In this document: positions 37,569-47,246 of the stretch, piece by piece
Layout of the letters: the number at the start of each line of letters is the position of its first letter
Numbering within the stretch: position 1 is the first letter of the stretch
Notes under the pieces: generated by a model
What the model was told of the DNA's origin: nothing
Database searches by the model: none
The model's input: the letters and a program-made list of their open reading frames with translations, nothing else
Assembly: GCA_963924815.1 (NCBI GenBank)
Contig: CAWURO010000013.1
Coordinates: forward strand, 46,461-110,460
Source: an uncultured Bacteroidia bacterium
Lineage (GTDB): Bacteria > Bacteroidota > Bacteroidia > NS11-12g > UBA9320
Reading direction: 5' to 3'
DNA: 64,000 nt
Program-made: the position numbers and the translations under genes

Positions 37569-39848
37569 ATGAAGAAGTTATACCTACTGTCTATTATTGT
37601 GTTATTTGGTTTTAATCTTAAAGCACAATTATTTGAAATATCATCCACACCCGTTTTTAGAGATGAAAACGGTAACGTGTTGAGTTTAGCCTTGGCAGGT
37701 GGGTTAAATCAACCTCAGTTTTCGCCCTACGATTTTAATCAAGATGGTACAATGGATTTGTTTATTTTTGATAGAACCGGCAATAAAGTACTGATTTTTA
37801 TAGCCGTAACCGTTAAAGGAGTAACGAATTACAGGTATGATCCTAGTTATGAAGACTTTTTTCCAAAGGGCGAACAATTTATGCAGTTGCATGATTATGA
37901 CTTAGACGGTAAGCCCGATTTATGGATGTATCTAGTGGATTCTGTAATGCTTTATAGAAACGTGTCTAGCACTGTGCCTCAATTTGAAGCGGGTAAAGGC
38001 CTTTTTGCCTTAGATACAGTTCAATATAGCTCATGGAACCCAAATAAAAAACTATCTCAAGTAGGAGGATGTTTGCCTGCTATTTATGATGTAGATGGAG
38101 ATAGTGATATGGACTTTATTACCAATCTGAATATCTTTGGTTCTAAAATTATTTTTAATTGCAACAACAGTATTGAGCTGGGTAATCCCTTGTCCGAAAT
38201 AGGTTTTACCATAGTAGACAAATGTTACGGCGGGGTAGATGAGTTTGGGGCAGATTTAATTATAAACGCGCCTTGTGATAATATTGAAGTTTATTATAAA
38301 CAGAAAAAACATTCAGCGGCTAAGACGTTAATGTTTTTTGATAATGATGGAGATGGTGATAATGATTTGTTTTTTGGCTCATCTGAAAGGTCAACCAATC
38401 CTGTGTACTTTTTAGAAAATGGCAAGTCAGATTTAAATTACTACAAAGATACTTTTATTAGAATTGATACATCGTTTTTTTCAGTGGCTGAAGAGGGTAA
38501 AATTCCGGTAGCTCCAGCTATGTTTTATATAGACGTAAATTTTGACGGGATCAAGGACTTGATTTTAGCCAATAATGATCAAGATAAATTTTCATATTCT
38601 GTTCGTGAGAAAGACAATGTTTTATTGTTTTTAAATTCAGGTACAGATAATAAGCCAACATTTAACTTGGATAGAATGGATTTCTTAACAGGTGATATGA
38701 TTGACCTGGGTGGTAGGGTAGCTCCCGTATTCGCAGATTTAGATAACGATGGCGATCAAGATCTTATACTTGCCACATCAGGTAATCATTTGATTACGGG
38801 TGATACCACTGATTTTTTGGTGTATTACCAAAATGTGGGTACATCTACAAGTCCTGATTTTAAAGAAATAAGTACTGATTATTTATCTCTAAAAGCAATG
38901 GAATATAGAGGCATTGTGCCTGCATTTGGAGACTTAGACGGTGATGCTGATTTAGATTTACTGTTGGGTAAGCAAGACGGAACCATCGCTCATTATGAAA
39001 ATACGGGTAGTTCAACTAATCCTACATTTACCTTAAAAACGGAAAACTTCTCAAGTATTACAGTGGAAGGAAATGCTGCTCCTGCTTTTGTAGATATGAA
39101 TAGTGATGGTAAATTGGATCTGCTAATTGGCAATATAAGTGGCACCTTAGTCTATTATCAGAATAACGGATCGAATACAGCTCCAAGTTTTGGCTGGGTA
39201 ACGGATAGCTTAGGGGGTATTGTGGTGAACGAACTTATTTCTCAAAAGTTTTTAGGCGATACAGGTTTTTATGACTCTTTGATTTACTACTACTATGGTA
39301 ATTCTGCTCCTCAAATCATTAACTATGAAAATGGCGTAAGGTGTCTTGCTGTGGGATGCGATGAAGGAAATATTAAAATATACGATGTACAGTCAGATTT
39401 AACGCAAGATTTTAAGGCGGTTACTAATTATATGAAACGTCCGTATACCAATGAGGCCTACTCCAAAGACTGGGGAAAAAATACCTATCCTGCCAATGCA
39501 GATATAAATGGAGACGGAATTTCGGATATGATAATTGGCAACTCCAGAGGAGGAATACACTTTGTGCAAGGAAAGGAGAAAAGAACGAATGATATTACTA
39601 TACCAGAACAAATCAGTTTCCGCATAGTCCCTAATCCTACTAACGATAAGTTCGCAGTATATGCTCCTTCCCAGGAGCCTATGTTCTATACCATTAGTAA
39701 CCTCAGCGGGCAAATATTAGCGAGCGGTTTTACGCTTTCTGGAGCTGCAATAAACCATGGAATTGCCTTGCAAAATGGAATTTATTTCGTCTCCCTAAAA
39801 ACCACTTTGCAACAGTTCGCTACCCAAAAATTGATTATGACTAAATAG
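37569..39848 (+). CDS. FG-GAP/VCBS-repeat secreted protein with a T9SS C-terminal sorting domain
   Basis: It has a signal peptide and repeated D.D.DGD.D..(L/I) loops (DLDNDGDQDLIL, DLDGDADLDLLL, DMNSDGKLDLLI). The C-terminus has IVPNPT…NGIYFVSL. Confidence 0.8.
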   Translation: MKKLYLLSIIVLFGFNLKAQLFEISSTPVFRDENGNVLSLALAGGLNQPQFSPYDFNQDGTMDLFIFDRTGNKVLIFIAVTVKGVTNYRYDPSYEDFFPKGEQFMQLHDYDLDGKPDLWMYLVDSVMLYRNVSSTVPQFEAGKGLFALDTVQYSSWNPNKKLSQVGGCLPAIYDVDGDSDMDFITNLNIFGSKIIFNCNNSIELGNPLSEIGFTIVDKCYGGVDEFGADLIINAPCDNIEVYYKQKKHSAAKTLMFFDNDGDGDNDLFFGSSERSTNPVYFLENGKSDLNYYKDTFIRIDTSFFSVAEEGKIPVAPAMFYIDVNFDGIKDLILANNDQDKFSYSVREKDNVLLFLNSGTDNKPTFNLDRMDFLTGDMIDLGGRVAPVFADLDNDGDQDLILATSGNHLITGDTTDFLVYYQNVGTSTSPDFKEISTDYLSLKAMEYRGIVPAFGDLDGDADLDLLLGKQDGTIAHYENTGSSTNPTFTLKTENFSSITVEGNAAPAFVDMNSDGKLDLLIGNISGTLVYYQNNGSNTAPSFGWVTDSLGGIVVNELISQKFLGDTGFYDSLIYYYYGNSAPQIINYENGVRCLAVGCDEGNIKIYDVQSDLTQDFKAVTNYMKRPYTNEAYSKDWGKNTYPANADINGDGISDMIIGNSRGGIHFVQGKEKRTNDITIPEQISFRIVPNPTNDKFAVYAPSQEPMFYTISNLSGQILASGFTLSGAAINHGIALQNGIYFVSLKTTLQQFATQKLIMTK

Positions 39849-39910
39849 TTGCCATTTGCTTATTAGCTAAATATCTATCGTTTAATTTGTAGTTCATATC
39901 ATTAAAAAAA

Positions 39911-41146
39911 TTGAGTCAAATTATAGAGACAGACATTGTTATCATCGGAGCGGGACCAGCAGGTTGTAGTGCTTCGCTTTATTTAGCGCAATTTGGAATA
40001 CCGCATGTAGTCGTTGAAAAGGAGGTCTATCCTAGAGATAAGGTTTGTGGAGACGCTTTAAGTGGGAAAGTGGTAAGCCAGCTAAAAAAAATAAATCCAG
40101 CATGGTTAGATGAGTTGAAACTAGATACACAAGAATTTATTCCGAGTTGGGGAGTTATTTTTTCAGCGCCGGACGGAAATGAAGTGGCTATTCCTTTTAA
40201 ACATAAGCCCCATGAAACAGAGCACAGCCCAGGGTTTGTAACTAAACGGGTAGATTATGATTATTGGTTGTTTCAAAAATTAGACCGAAAATGGGCTAAG
40301 GTACTAGAAGGTACCGAAGTTAAGGATGTCATCATAAATGAAATGGGAGTTAGTGTTATTTCTGATAACACAGAAATAAAGGCGAAGTTACTAATCAGTG
40401 CAGAAGGTACACGAGCGTTGGTGGCCAAAAAATATGGAGGATATAAGATGGAGCATCAGCATTATTGTGCGGGCTTACGCGCTTATTACGATGGAGTTAA
40501 AGGGCTTCACAAAGATGGTTTTATCGAATTACATTTTGTGAAAGAAAGTTTGCCTGGCTATTTTTGGATTTTCCCATTACCCAATGGTCAAGCCAACGTA
40601 GGAATAGGCATGCTGAGCAAATATGTGAGCAAGAAAAAAGTAAATCTCAAAAAATTAATGCTTGAAGTCCTTGAAAGTGAGAAGTTTAAAGAACGCTTTA
40701 AAGATGCAAGGTTACAAGATAAAATTCAGGGTTGGGGACTTCCATTAGGCAGCAAAAAAAAACGGCGAATCAGTGGAAATAGATTTATGCTTATAGGTGA
40801 CTCAGGGTCACTTATAGATCCGTTTACGGGAGAAGGAATAGGTAATGCTATGTTTAGCGGTAAATGGGCTGCCGAACAAGCTCGTGACTCTTTGGCGACT
40901 AATGATTTCAGCGCCAACGAATTACATAAATATGACCAAACGGTTTACAAAAAAATAGGAGGAGAGCTCATGGTGAGCGCATGGATGCAAAAATTTATCA
41001 AACTCCCATGGTTATTTAATTGGATGATAGGTAAAATAAAGCGTAATGATGAATTACGAGAGACGATTACCTTTATGTTTGACGATGTAGATTTGCGCAA
41101 GAAGTTTACCAATCCGATGTTTTATTTGCGTATTTTATTCAAGTAA
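39911..41146 (+). CDS. Geranylgeranyl reductase family FAD-dependent oxidoreductase
   Basis: DIVIIGAGPAGCSAS…KVCGDALSG…, with a GD.G..IDP.TGEGI motif. TTG start. Confidence 0.82.
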   Translation: MSQIIETDIVIIGAGPAGCSASLYLAQFGIPHVVVEKEVYPRDKVCGDALSGKVVSQLKKINPAWLDELKLDTQEFIPSWGVIFSAPDGNEVAIPFKHKPHETEHSPGFVTKRVDYDYWLFQKLDRKWAKVLEGTEVKDVIINEMGVSVISDNTEIKAKLLISAEGTRALVAKKYGGYKMEHQHYCAGLRAYYDGVKGLHKDGFIELHFVKESLPGYFWIFPLPNGQANVGIGMLSKYVSKKKVNLKKLMLEVLESEKFKERFKDARLQDKIQGWGLPLGSKKKRRISGNRFMLIGDSGSLIDPFTGEGIGNAMFSGKWAAEQARDSLATNDFSANELHKYDQTVYKKIGGELMVSAWMQKFIKLPWLFNWMIGKIKRNDELRETITFMFDDVDLRKKFTNPMFYLRILFK

Positions 41147-41171
41147 GGTGCTTGAATACAGATCAACCTGT

Positions 41172-41567
41172 TTATAACTGATTAATTATAGACAAGGGGC
41201 CACCGCAGTATACGCCGTGGCAGCTTTTACAAGCCTGTATGCTGGCGTCGTAGTAGTATTGCTGGCTATCACGTCGTTCTATTCCTTTTAGTGCGTCGGT
41301 GTACAGAGGAACCATTCCTTTGAAAGCAGCTTCATCGTGCTCTCCAAGAGTAGCCGTTTGTGTAGCAAGGTCATAGAAACTTTGTGGGACACTCTCTATA
41401 GTATCTCCAGCAGCTAGTGTAGCCTTAGCTTCATTGCTCCAAATTACCATTTCACGCATTATAGCACTTAACTCGGACGCTTGGTACATATCTGCTTTTT
41501 CAGCTTTGTTTCCTTGGCCACAAGCGATTATAGAGAGTACAAGTGCCAAAAAAATAATCCATTTCAT
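41172..41567 (-). CDS. Class II cytochrome c (cytochrome c'-like) lipoprotein, putative
   Basis: The ATG at 41567 gives MKWIIFLALVLSIIACGQ with a lipobox. The body of about 110 aa is helical. A single CKSCH heme c motif sits near the C-terminus (41217..41231), which is the class II arrangement. Confidence 0.55.
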   Translation of the reverse strand: MKWIIFLALVLSIIACGQGNKAEKADMYQASELSAIMREMVIWSNEAKATLAAGDTIESVPQSFYDLATQTATLGEHDEAAFKGMVPLYTDALKGIERRDSQQYYYDASIQACKSCHGVYCGGPLSIINQL

Positions 41568-41589
41568 ATCCCAGATTTTCGTATAGATA

Positions 41590-42066
41590 TTAGTCAATAA
41601 TTACACCTTCAGCAGTAAAGGTAAGTTCTATTTGGGGTGCTGTAATAGCGTTTATTTCTTCCTTCGTTGCTTCTGCGTCTTTAGCATATTCAAGTTGATC
41701 TTTTACCGAAACGGTATCCAGATACGCCCAACCTCTAATGGTCGCGTTGTGCTCAGCACTATTTTTAGGCACGAAAAAACTGTAATCTTTAAATTTTACA
41801 AACATTTCATTACCAGCAATATCCATACTCATCCAGCATCCTTTAGCTTGACAAGCAGCTTTTATATTACCGCTAACTGTTACATATACAGAATCATTTG
41901 CGGCTAACGAATCCATCATTTCTTCTCCTGTGAGTGCAACCTCTGTTGTCCACGTGCTATCGCCATATCTGCCTGCTACCGTTTCTTGCGTTTCTTCAGA
42001 TTGGGTTAAATTGTTACAAGCGATGAAGGACGCGGCGATGATAAATAAGAAACTAATTTTTTTCAT
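41590..42066 (-). CDS. DUF4920-like lipoprotein
   Basis: The lipobox FIAC and the motif CQAKGCWMS….FVKFKDY.FFVPK match my recollection of DUF4920. Confidence 0.6.
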   Translation of the reverse strand: MKKISFLFIIAASFIACNNLTQSEETQETVAGRYGDSTWTTEVALTGEEMMDSLAANDSVYVTVSGNIKAACQAKGCWMSMDIAGNEMFVKFKDYSFFVPKNSAEHNATIRGWAYLDTVSVKDQLEYAKDAEATKEEINAITAPQIELTFTAEGVIID

Positions 42067-42078
42067 TTTACTGTTTAA

Positions 42079-42678
42079 TTAAGGTTTATAGGGATGCAAA
42101 TGTATTTGTTCTGTGCAGAATCTATATTCACTAATTTGATTTGAAGCGATTATTATCAATTGATTTTGACAAAAGGTTTCTATCATATCCTGATACCACT
42201 TTATATTAACTTCGTCAAAATTGGTACAAGGTTCATCCAGAAGTAGGGCGGGGGCCTCAGTGAAAATGGCCAATGAAAGCTTCACCTTGTTTTTAAGACC
42301 CGAAGAAAGTTCACCATATGTTTTAGATAAAAACCCACTCAGATTAGCTTTTATATATTGTTCTTCTAAGCTTATTTTAGGATTTTTAAATTGGAAATGA
42401 AGCTCAAATAACTCTCTCACTGTAAAGTCATCCAATAAATGCATTTCAGGACTACAAAAACTAAAGAGGTTTTCTGTACCTGTATCAATAGAGTAATTAA
42501 TTTGTCCTTTAGTTGGAGATAAGGCTCCGCCTATTATTTTGAGAAGAGTACTTTTTCCCGAAGAGTTAGCACCCAAGATTACATAGTGGGCATTTCCTTC
42601 AAAAGTATAGTTAAAGTCCTTAAAGAGAACTTCTTGAAGGTATCGTTTGGCAATATCGATGCACGTAATGCGGAGCAT
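42079..42678 (-). CDS. Orphan ABC transporter ATP-binding protein (short, 199 aa)
   Basis: Walker A GANSSGKST, signature LSSGLKNK and Walker B LLLDEP. Its ATG overlaps the lpxA stop (TAATG). Confidence 0.8.
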   Translation of the reverse strand: MLRITCIDIAKRYLQEVLFKDFNYTFEGNAHYVILGANSSGKSTLLKIIGGALSPTKGQINYSIDTGTENLFSFCSPEMHLLDDFTVRELFELHFQFKNPKISLEEQYIKANLSGFLSKTYGELSSGLKNKVKLSLAIFTEAPALLLDEPCTNFDEVNIKWYQDMIETFCQNQLIIIASNQISEYRFCTEQIHLHPYKP

Positions 42679-43460
42679 TATCTAGACATGTAGCCTTTCA
42701 TAACACCTCGGTCAGATGCCCGGATAAAACTAATTATCTCATCACGTTCTTGCGTCGCGGGCATTTCTGTTTCTATTTTAATCAGTGCTTTAGCGTTGTT
42801 CATTCCTCGTAAATATAGGTTTCTATAAATTTCTTGTATTTCACCTATTTTTTCTGCGCTGTAACCGCGTCTTCTCAGTCCAACACTGTTTACGCCTTCA
42901 TAACTAAGTGGTTCACGCGCAGCTTTTGTATAGGGAGGTACGTCCTTTCGAACCAAACTACCGCCACTTATCATTACGTGTGGGCCAATATTAACAAACT
43001 GATGCACAGCAACTAATCCACTTAGAATAGCAAAATCAGCAATTGTTACTTCACCTGCTATTTGGCTTCCGTTTCCAATGATCACATTATCACCTAATAT
43101 AGTGTCATGTGCAATGTGACAATAGGCCATGAGTAGGCAATTTTTTCCGATGATGGTTTTCCCTTTGGAGGAAGTGCCTCTGTTAATAGTTACACACTCA
43201 CGAATGGTTGTGTTATCACCAATTTCGGTGGTAGTGTCTTCTCCATTAAATTTTAAATCTTGAGGAATAGCAGAAATTACGGCACCCGGAAAAATTTTAC
43301 AATTCTTACCAATGCGGGCTCCCTCCATGATAGTTACATTTGATCCAATCCACGTTCCTTCGCCTATTTCTACATTTTTATGTATGGTAACGAAAGGCTC
43401 AATTACCACGTTATCAGCTAACTTAGCTCCAGGGTTTACATATGCTAATGGTTGAATCAT
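42678..43460 (-). CDS. lpxA: Acyl-ACP--UDP-N-acetylglucosamine O-acyltransferase
   Basis: 260 aa with hexapeptide repeats and a typical LpxA C-terminal helical domain. Confidence 0.9.
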   Translation of the reverse strand: MIQPLAYVNPGAKLADNVVIEPFVTIHKNVEIGEGTWIGSNVTIMEGARIGKNCKIFPGAVISAIPQDLKFNGEDTTTEIGDNTTIRECVTINRGTSSKGKTIIGKNCLLMAYCHIAHDTILGDNVIIGNGSQIAGEVTIADFAILSGLVAVHQFVNIGPHVMISGGSLVRKDVPPYTKAAREPLSYEGVNSVGLRRRGYSAEKIGEIQEIYRNLYLRGMNNAKALIKIETEMPATQERDEIISFIRASDRGVMKGYMSR

Positions 43461-43461
43461 A

Positions 43462-44865
43462 TTATTTATTTTCTACAATTTGAGCCATCATATTGGCTTC
43501 ACATACAAGTCTATTACCTACAAAGGCTTCTCCTTTCATCATACATAAACCTCGTCTTACGGGCGCAGTTAATGCCATTCGAATAATCAGCGTATCACCT
43601 GGTACTACTTTATCTTTAAACTTAGCGTTTTCTATTTTAACAAAATAAGTGCTCCATTTTTCAGGATTTTCTTTGTCCGCTAGCACCAATACTCCTCCTG
43701 CTTGTGCCATCGCCTCAAGTTGCAATACGCCTGGCATGAGTGGCTCTCCAGGAAAATGTCCTTGAAAAAAGTACTGATCTCCAGTTATGTTTTTTACGGC
43801 AATCACTTCATTTTCTGTTAGACGAATTACTCTATCTACGAGTAAAAATGGGTGTCTATGCGGCAAAATATTAGCTAATTGCTGATAATTATAAAGAGGA
43901 GGTACATTGGGATCATATACAGGCACATTATTATCGAGTTTACTTGCTCTTTTAGAAGCTAAGTATGCTCTTTTTATTTTTTTAGCAAACTCTACATTGG
44001 CAGCATGACCAGGTCTTGCAGCTAATATTTGTGCCTTTAAGGGTACTCCTGCTAAAGCTAAATCTCCTATAATATCTAGCAGTTTATGTCTTGCAGGTTC
44101 GTTCTGAAAACGCAATTCAACGTTGTTTAGAATTCCTTCTTTTTTTACTTCAATAGAATCTTTATTGAAGAGCTTAGCGATATTAGCCATTTCATTTTCT
44201 TCAATTACTCTATCTACGATAACAATAGCGTTATTTAAGTCTCCACCTTTTATTAAGTTGTTTTTTACCAGCGCTTCTAATTCATGTAAAAAACAAAAAG
44301 TACGGCAACTTGATATTTCGTCTTTAAACTCATTCAGGTTAGTAATACTCGCATGTTGGCTTCCCAAAACAGGCGAGTTATAATCAACCATTACGGTAAG
44401 TCTATAATCGTTGGCAGGCAGCGCCATCATTTCTACTCCTTTTCCGTCGGCATAATTAATGCGATTAGGGATTTCAAAATATTCTCTTTCTTTCTTCTGA
44501 GTTTCTATCCCCGAAGCTAGTAATATATCAATAAATGGTTTACTGCTACCATCCATTATTGGGGTTTCTGGAGCATCTAGTTTTATGAGACAATTATCTA
44601 TTTCTAAACCTGCTAAAGCTGCCAATACGTGCTCTACGGTGTTGATTCGAGCGCCATTATCTTCAATAGTCGTTCCTCTTGAAGTGTCCACAACCAGGTC
44701 ACAATCCGCCTTCACTTTAGGCTCTCCTGGCAAGTCAACTCTCTGAAAAACGTAGCCATGGTCTTCTGGTGCAGGTTCAAAAGTTAAAGTAACCTTATTC
44801 CCGGTGTGTAACCCTACACCCGAAATACTAATTACCTGTTTTATAGTGGTTTGAAATATTTCCAT
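43462..44865 (-). CDS. lpxC/fabZ: Bifunctional UDP-3-O-acyl-GlcNAc deacetylase / 3-hydroxyacyl-ACP dehydratase
   Basis: 467 aa. The LpxC N-terminal part (…GVGLHTG…HVLAAL.G…) is fused to a FabZ hot-dog domain (…LPHR.PFLLVD…GHFP..P.MPGVL..EA.AQ). The fusion is typical of Bacteroidota. Confidence 0.92.
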   Translation of the reverse strand: MEIFQTTIKQVISISGVGLHTGNKVTLTFEPAPEDHGYVFQRVDLPGEPKVKADCDLVVDTSRGTTIEDNGARINTVEHVLAALAGLEIDNCLIKLDAPETPIMDGSSKPFIDILLASGIETQKKEREYFEIPNRINYADGKGVEMMALPANDYRLTVMVDYNSPVLGSQHASITNLNEFKDEISSCRTFCFLHELEALVKNNLIKGGDLNNAIVIVDRVIEENEMANIAKLFNKDSIEVKKEGILNNVELRFQNEPARHKLLDIIGDLALAGVPLKAQILAARPGHAANVEFAKKIKRAYLASKRASKLDNNVPVYDPNVPPLYNYQQLANILPHRHPFLLVDRVIRLTENEVIAVKNITGDQYFFQGHFPGEPLMPGVLQLEAMAQAGGVLVLADKENPEKWSTYFVKIENAKFKDKVVPGDTLIIRMALTAPVRRGLCMMKGEAFVGNRLVCEANMMAQIVENK

Positions 44866-44868
44866 TCC

Positions 44869-45897
44869 TTATTTATTCGATTTTAATTGTTGTTCTAATT
44901 TTCTTACGCGTTGCTCTAACTTAGGTAAATTCCTCCACATTACTCTTGATTTCATTTCTTCTTTAAAAGGTTGGTGTGGTGATCCCGCATAAATACCATT
45001 AGGTTCGGTTATATCCTTATTTATTCCTGCTTGTCCACCTAATTGAGTGCCATTGGCCACTGTAATATGTCCAACTACGCCTGCTTGTCCCGCAAAAACA
45101 CAGTTAGATCCTATTTTCGTACTGCCTGCGACAAATACACCACCTGCGAGTACAGTATTTTCACCTATTTCAACTCCGTGAGCAATCTGAACAAGATTAT
45201 CTATGCGACATCCATTCCCAATTATAGTACTTCCCATATTGGCTCTATCAATGGAGGTGTTACTACCTATCTCTACCTTATTCCCAATCACTACATTACC
45301 TATCTGAGGTATTTTTATGTAGGTTCCGTCTGGTAAAGGCGCATGACCAAATCCGTCTGCTCCTATTACGGTACCTGAGTGGATTAGACAATCATCACCA
45401 ATGATAGTTTCATAATAAATAGACACATTAGACCGTATGGTTGTGTTGTTTCCTATTATAGAATTTTCATAAATGCAGCTGTTAGCTAGTACTTTAGAGT
45501 TATCTCCTATAATCACATTGTTGCCGATATACGCATGTGAACCTATGTGGCAATTAGCCCCGATTTTGGCAGATGTTTCTATAACTGCCGTAGGGTGAAT
45601 GCCTTGATTGGGATCTTTGTAATCGAAATACTGTATAAGAATAGTGCAAAAGGCTACATATGGATGCGAACACCTGATCACCGTTTTCCCTTCTGGTAGG
45701 GGTTGAATAGTATCGTCTAGCAACACAATTCCGGCATCGGTTGTCTTCAAATAATGTATGTATTTCTTGTTAGAAAGAAAGCATAAACTATCTGAGGTGG
45801 CATCCTCTATCTTAGAAACCCTAGTAATACTTGTGCTAGGATTACCTTCTAAAGTACCGTTTACAATTGTTGCTATTTCTGCTGCTGTAAGTGTCAA
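44869..45897 (-). CDS. lpxD: UDP-3-O-(3-hydroxyacyl)glucosamine N-acyltransferase
   Basis: 342 aa with a long left-handed beta-helix hexapeptide region and a coiled-coil C-terminus. Confidence 0.9.
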   Translation of the reverse strand: MTLTAAEIATIVNGTLEGNPSTSITRVSKIEDATSDSLCFLSNKKYIHYLKTTDAGIVLLDDTIQPLPEGKTVIRCSHPYVAFCTILIQYFDYKDPNQGIHPTAVIETSAKIGANCHIGSHAYIGNNVIIGDNSKVLANSCIYENSIIGNNTTIRSNVSIYYETIIGDDCLIHSGTVIGADGFGHAPLPDGTYIKIPQIGNVVIGNKVEIGSNTSIDRANMGSTIIGNGCRIDNLVQIAHGVEIGENTVLAGGVFVAGSTKIGSNCVFAGQAGVVGHITVANGTQLGGQAGINKDITEPNGIYAGSPHQPFKEEMKSRVMWRNLPKLEQRVRKLEQQLKSNK

Positions 45898-45914
45898 TAG
45901 ACCGCAAATTTAAC

Positions 45915-47129
45915 TTATTTTAAAGAGGTTATAAAATATTTAATGTGAGGTTTGTTAACTTGAGACAGGTTATAAATTTCGGAAGTCTCCGAAAGCTCTT
46001 TTAACCCACCATCTTTCATTGCTATTTTTAGGCTATCACCTTCAGCAGAATACGTATTATTGCTCAATTTACCTGTAACAACAAAGTAATCAGCCTCTTC
46101 TTCTGATATGCCGAGTTTTGTGGCTACATACTTTTTTTGATTTGCTACATCTTCTGCAGTAATAGCTTGATCCGCTACAGCTATTTTAAGTAGGTTACGA
46201 TTAATGATCATCTTGCATAGTTCGCTCAAGGTTTTGTCCTCAGCGTATTGCCAAACCTTTATAGCACTTATTATTTCATTATCGTCCAAATTACAAAAAT
46301 TCTCAATTACATCCGGGCGTTGTAAATCTTCCGTTCTGAAATTATTGGCCAAGAAAAAGGATAAAAATGGACTTGCAAATAGCTGAACATCCTTGTTTAT
46401 CAAATACTTAGCTCGTCTTAAAATACTGAGCAACATGGTATCTGCAGCGATTGAAGTTTTGTGCAGATAAACTTGCCAATACATAAATCGGCGTGCCATC
46501 AAAAATTTTTCAACGGAATAGATGCCCTTTTGATCAACGATAAGGTGGTTGTCTCGTACGTTTAACATTTGAATTATACGTTCGATGCCCACGGTTCCTT
46601 CAGATACTCCGGTATAAAAACTGTCTCTTCTTAAATAGTCTAAACGGTCCATATCTAGCTGACTACTTACGAGTTGATGAAAGAATTTTCTTGGATACCG
46701 GTCTTCAAATATCTCAATAGCAAGATCTAATTTACCCTCCATTTTAACATTAATCTGTTGCATAAGTGCACTCGAAATATGCTCATGGTGAACATCTGTT
46801 AGTATACTGTGCTCTAAGCTGTGCGAAAATGGCCCATGACCAATATCGTGTAATAGAATAGCCAATAATGCACCTATCTCTTCTTCCACCGAGACTTCAA
46901 TTCCTTTCCCACGTAGATTTTTGAGCGCCATATCCATAAGGTGCATTGCACCTATAACATGTTGAAAACGAGTATGTAATGCGCCAGGGTACACTAGATG
47001 AGTAAGGCCTAGTTGCTTAATTCTTCGTAGGCGCTGGAACTCAGGTAGCTGGATACAATCAAAAACGATGTCGTGATGAATGGTGATAAAACCGTAAATC
47101 GGGTCGTTAATTATTTTCTTTTTATTCAA
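45915..47129 (-). CDS. HD-domain phosphohydrolase
   Basis: INDPIYGFI…R.QHV.G…LLHDIGHGPFSH. The TTG at 47129 is preferred. The track ATG at 47303 would overlap the divergent porX start. Confidence 0.8.
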   Translation of the reverse strand: MNKKKIINDPIYGFITIHHDIVFDCIQLPEFQRLRRIKQLGLTHLVYPGALHTRFQHVIGAMHLMDMALKNLRGKGIEVSVEEEIGALLAILLHDIGHGPFSHSLEHSILTDVHHEHISSALMQQINVKMEGKLDLAIEIFEDRYPRKFFHQLVSSQLDMDRLDYLRRDSFYTGVSEGTVGIERIIQMLNVRDNHLIVDQKGIYSVEKFLMARRFMYWQVYLHKTSIAADTMLLSILRRAKYLINKDVQLFASPFLSFFLANNFRTEDLQRPDVIENFCNLDDNEIISAIKVWQYAEDKTLSELCKMIINRNLLKIAVADQAITAEDVANQKKYVATKLGISEEEADYFVVTGKLSNNTYSAEGDSLKIAMKDGGLKELSETSEIYNLSQVNKPHIKYFITSLK

Positions 47130-47246
47130 AGTGTAATAAATTATTGTTTTATGAGTTGAATTATTACTTGCTTTGCAAGGTATAACAAATGGTCTTGCAC
47201 TTCTGCAAAGATTACCTAATAAAATGATAAAATACGAAAACCAATT

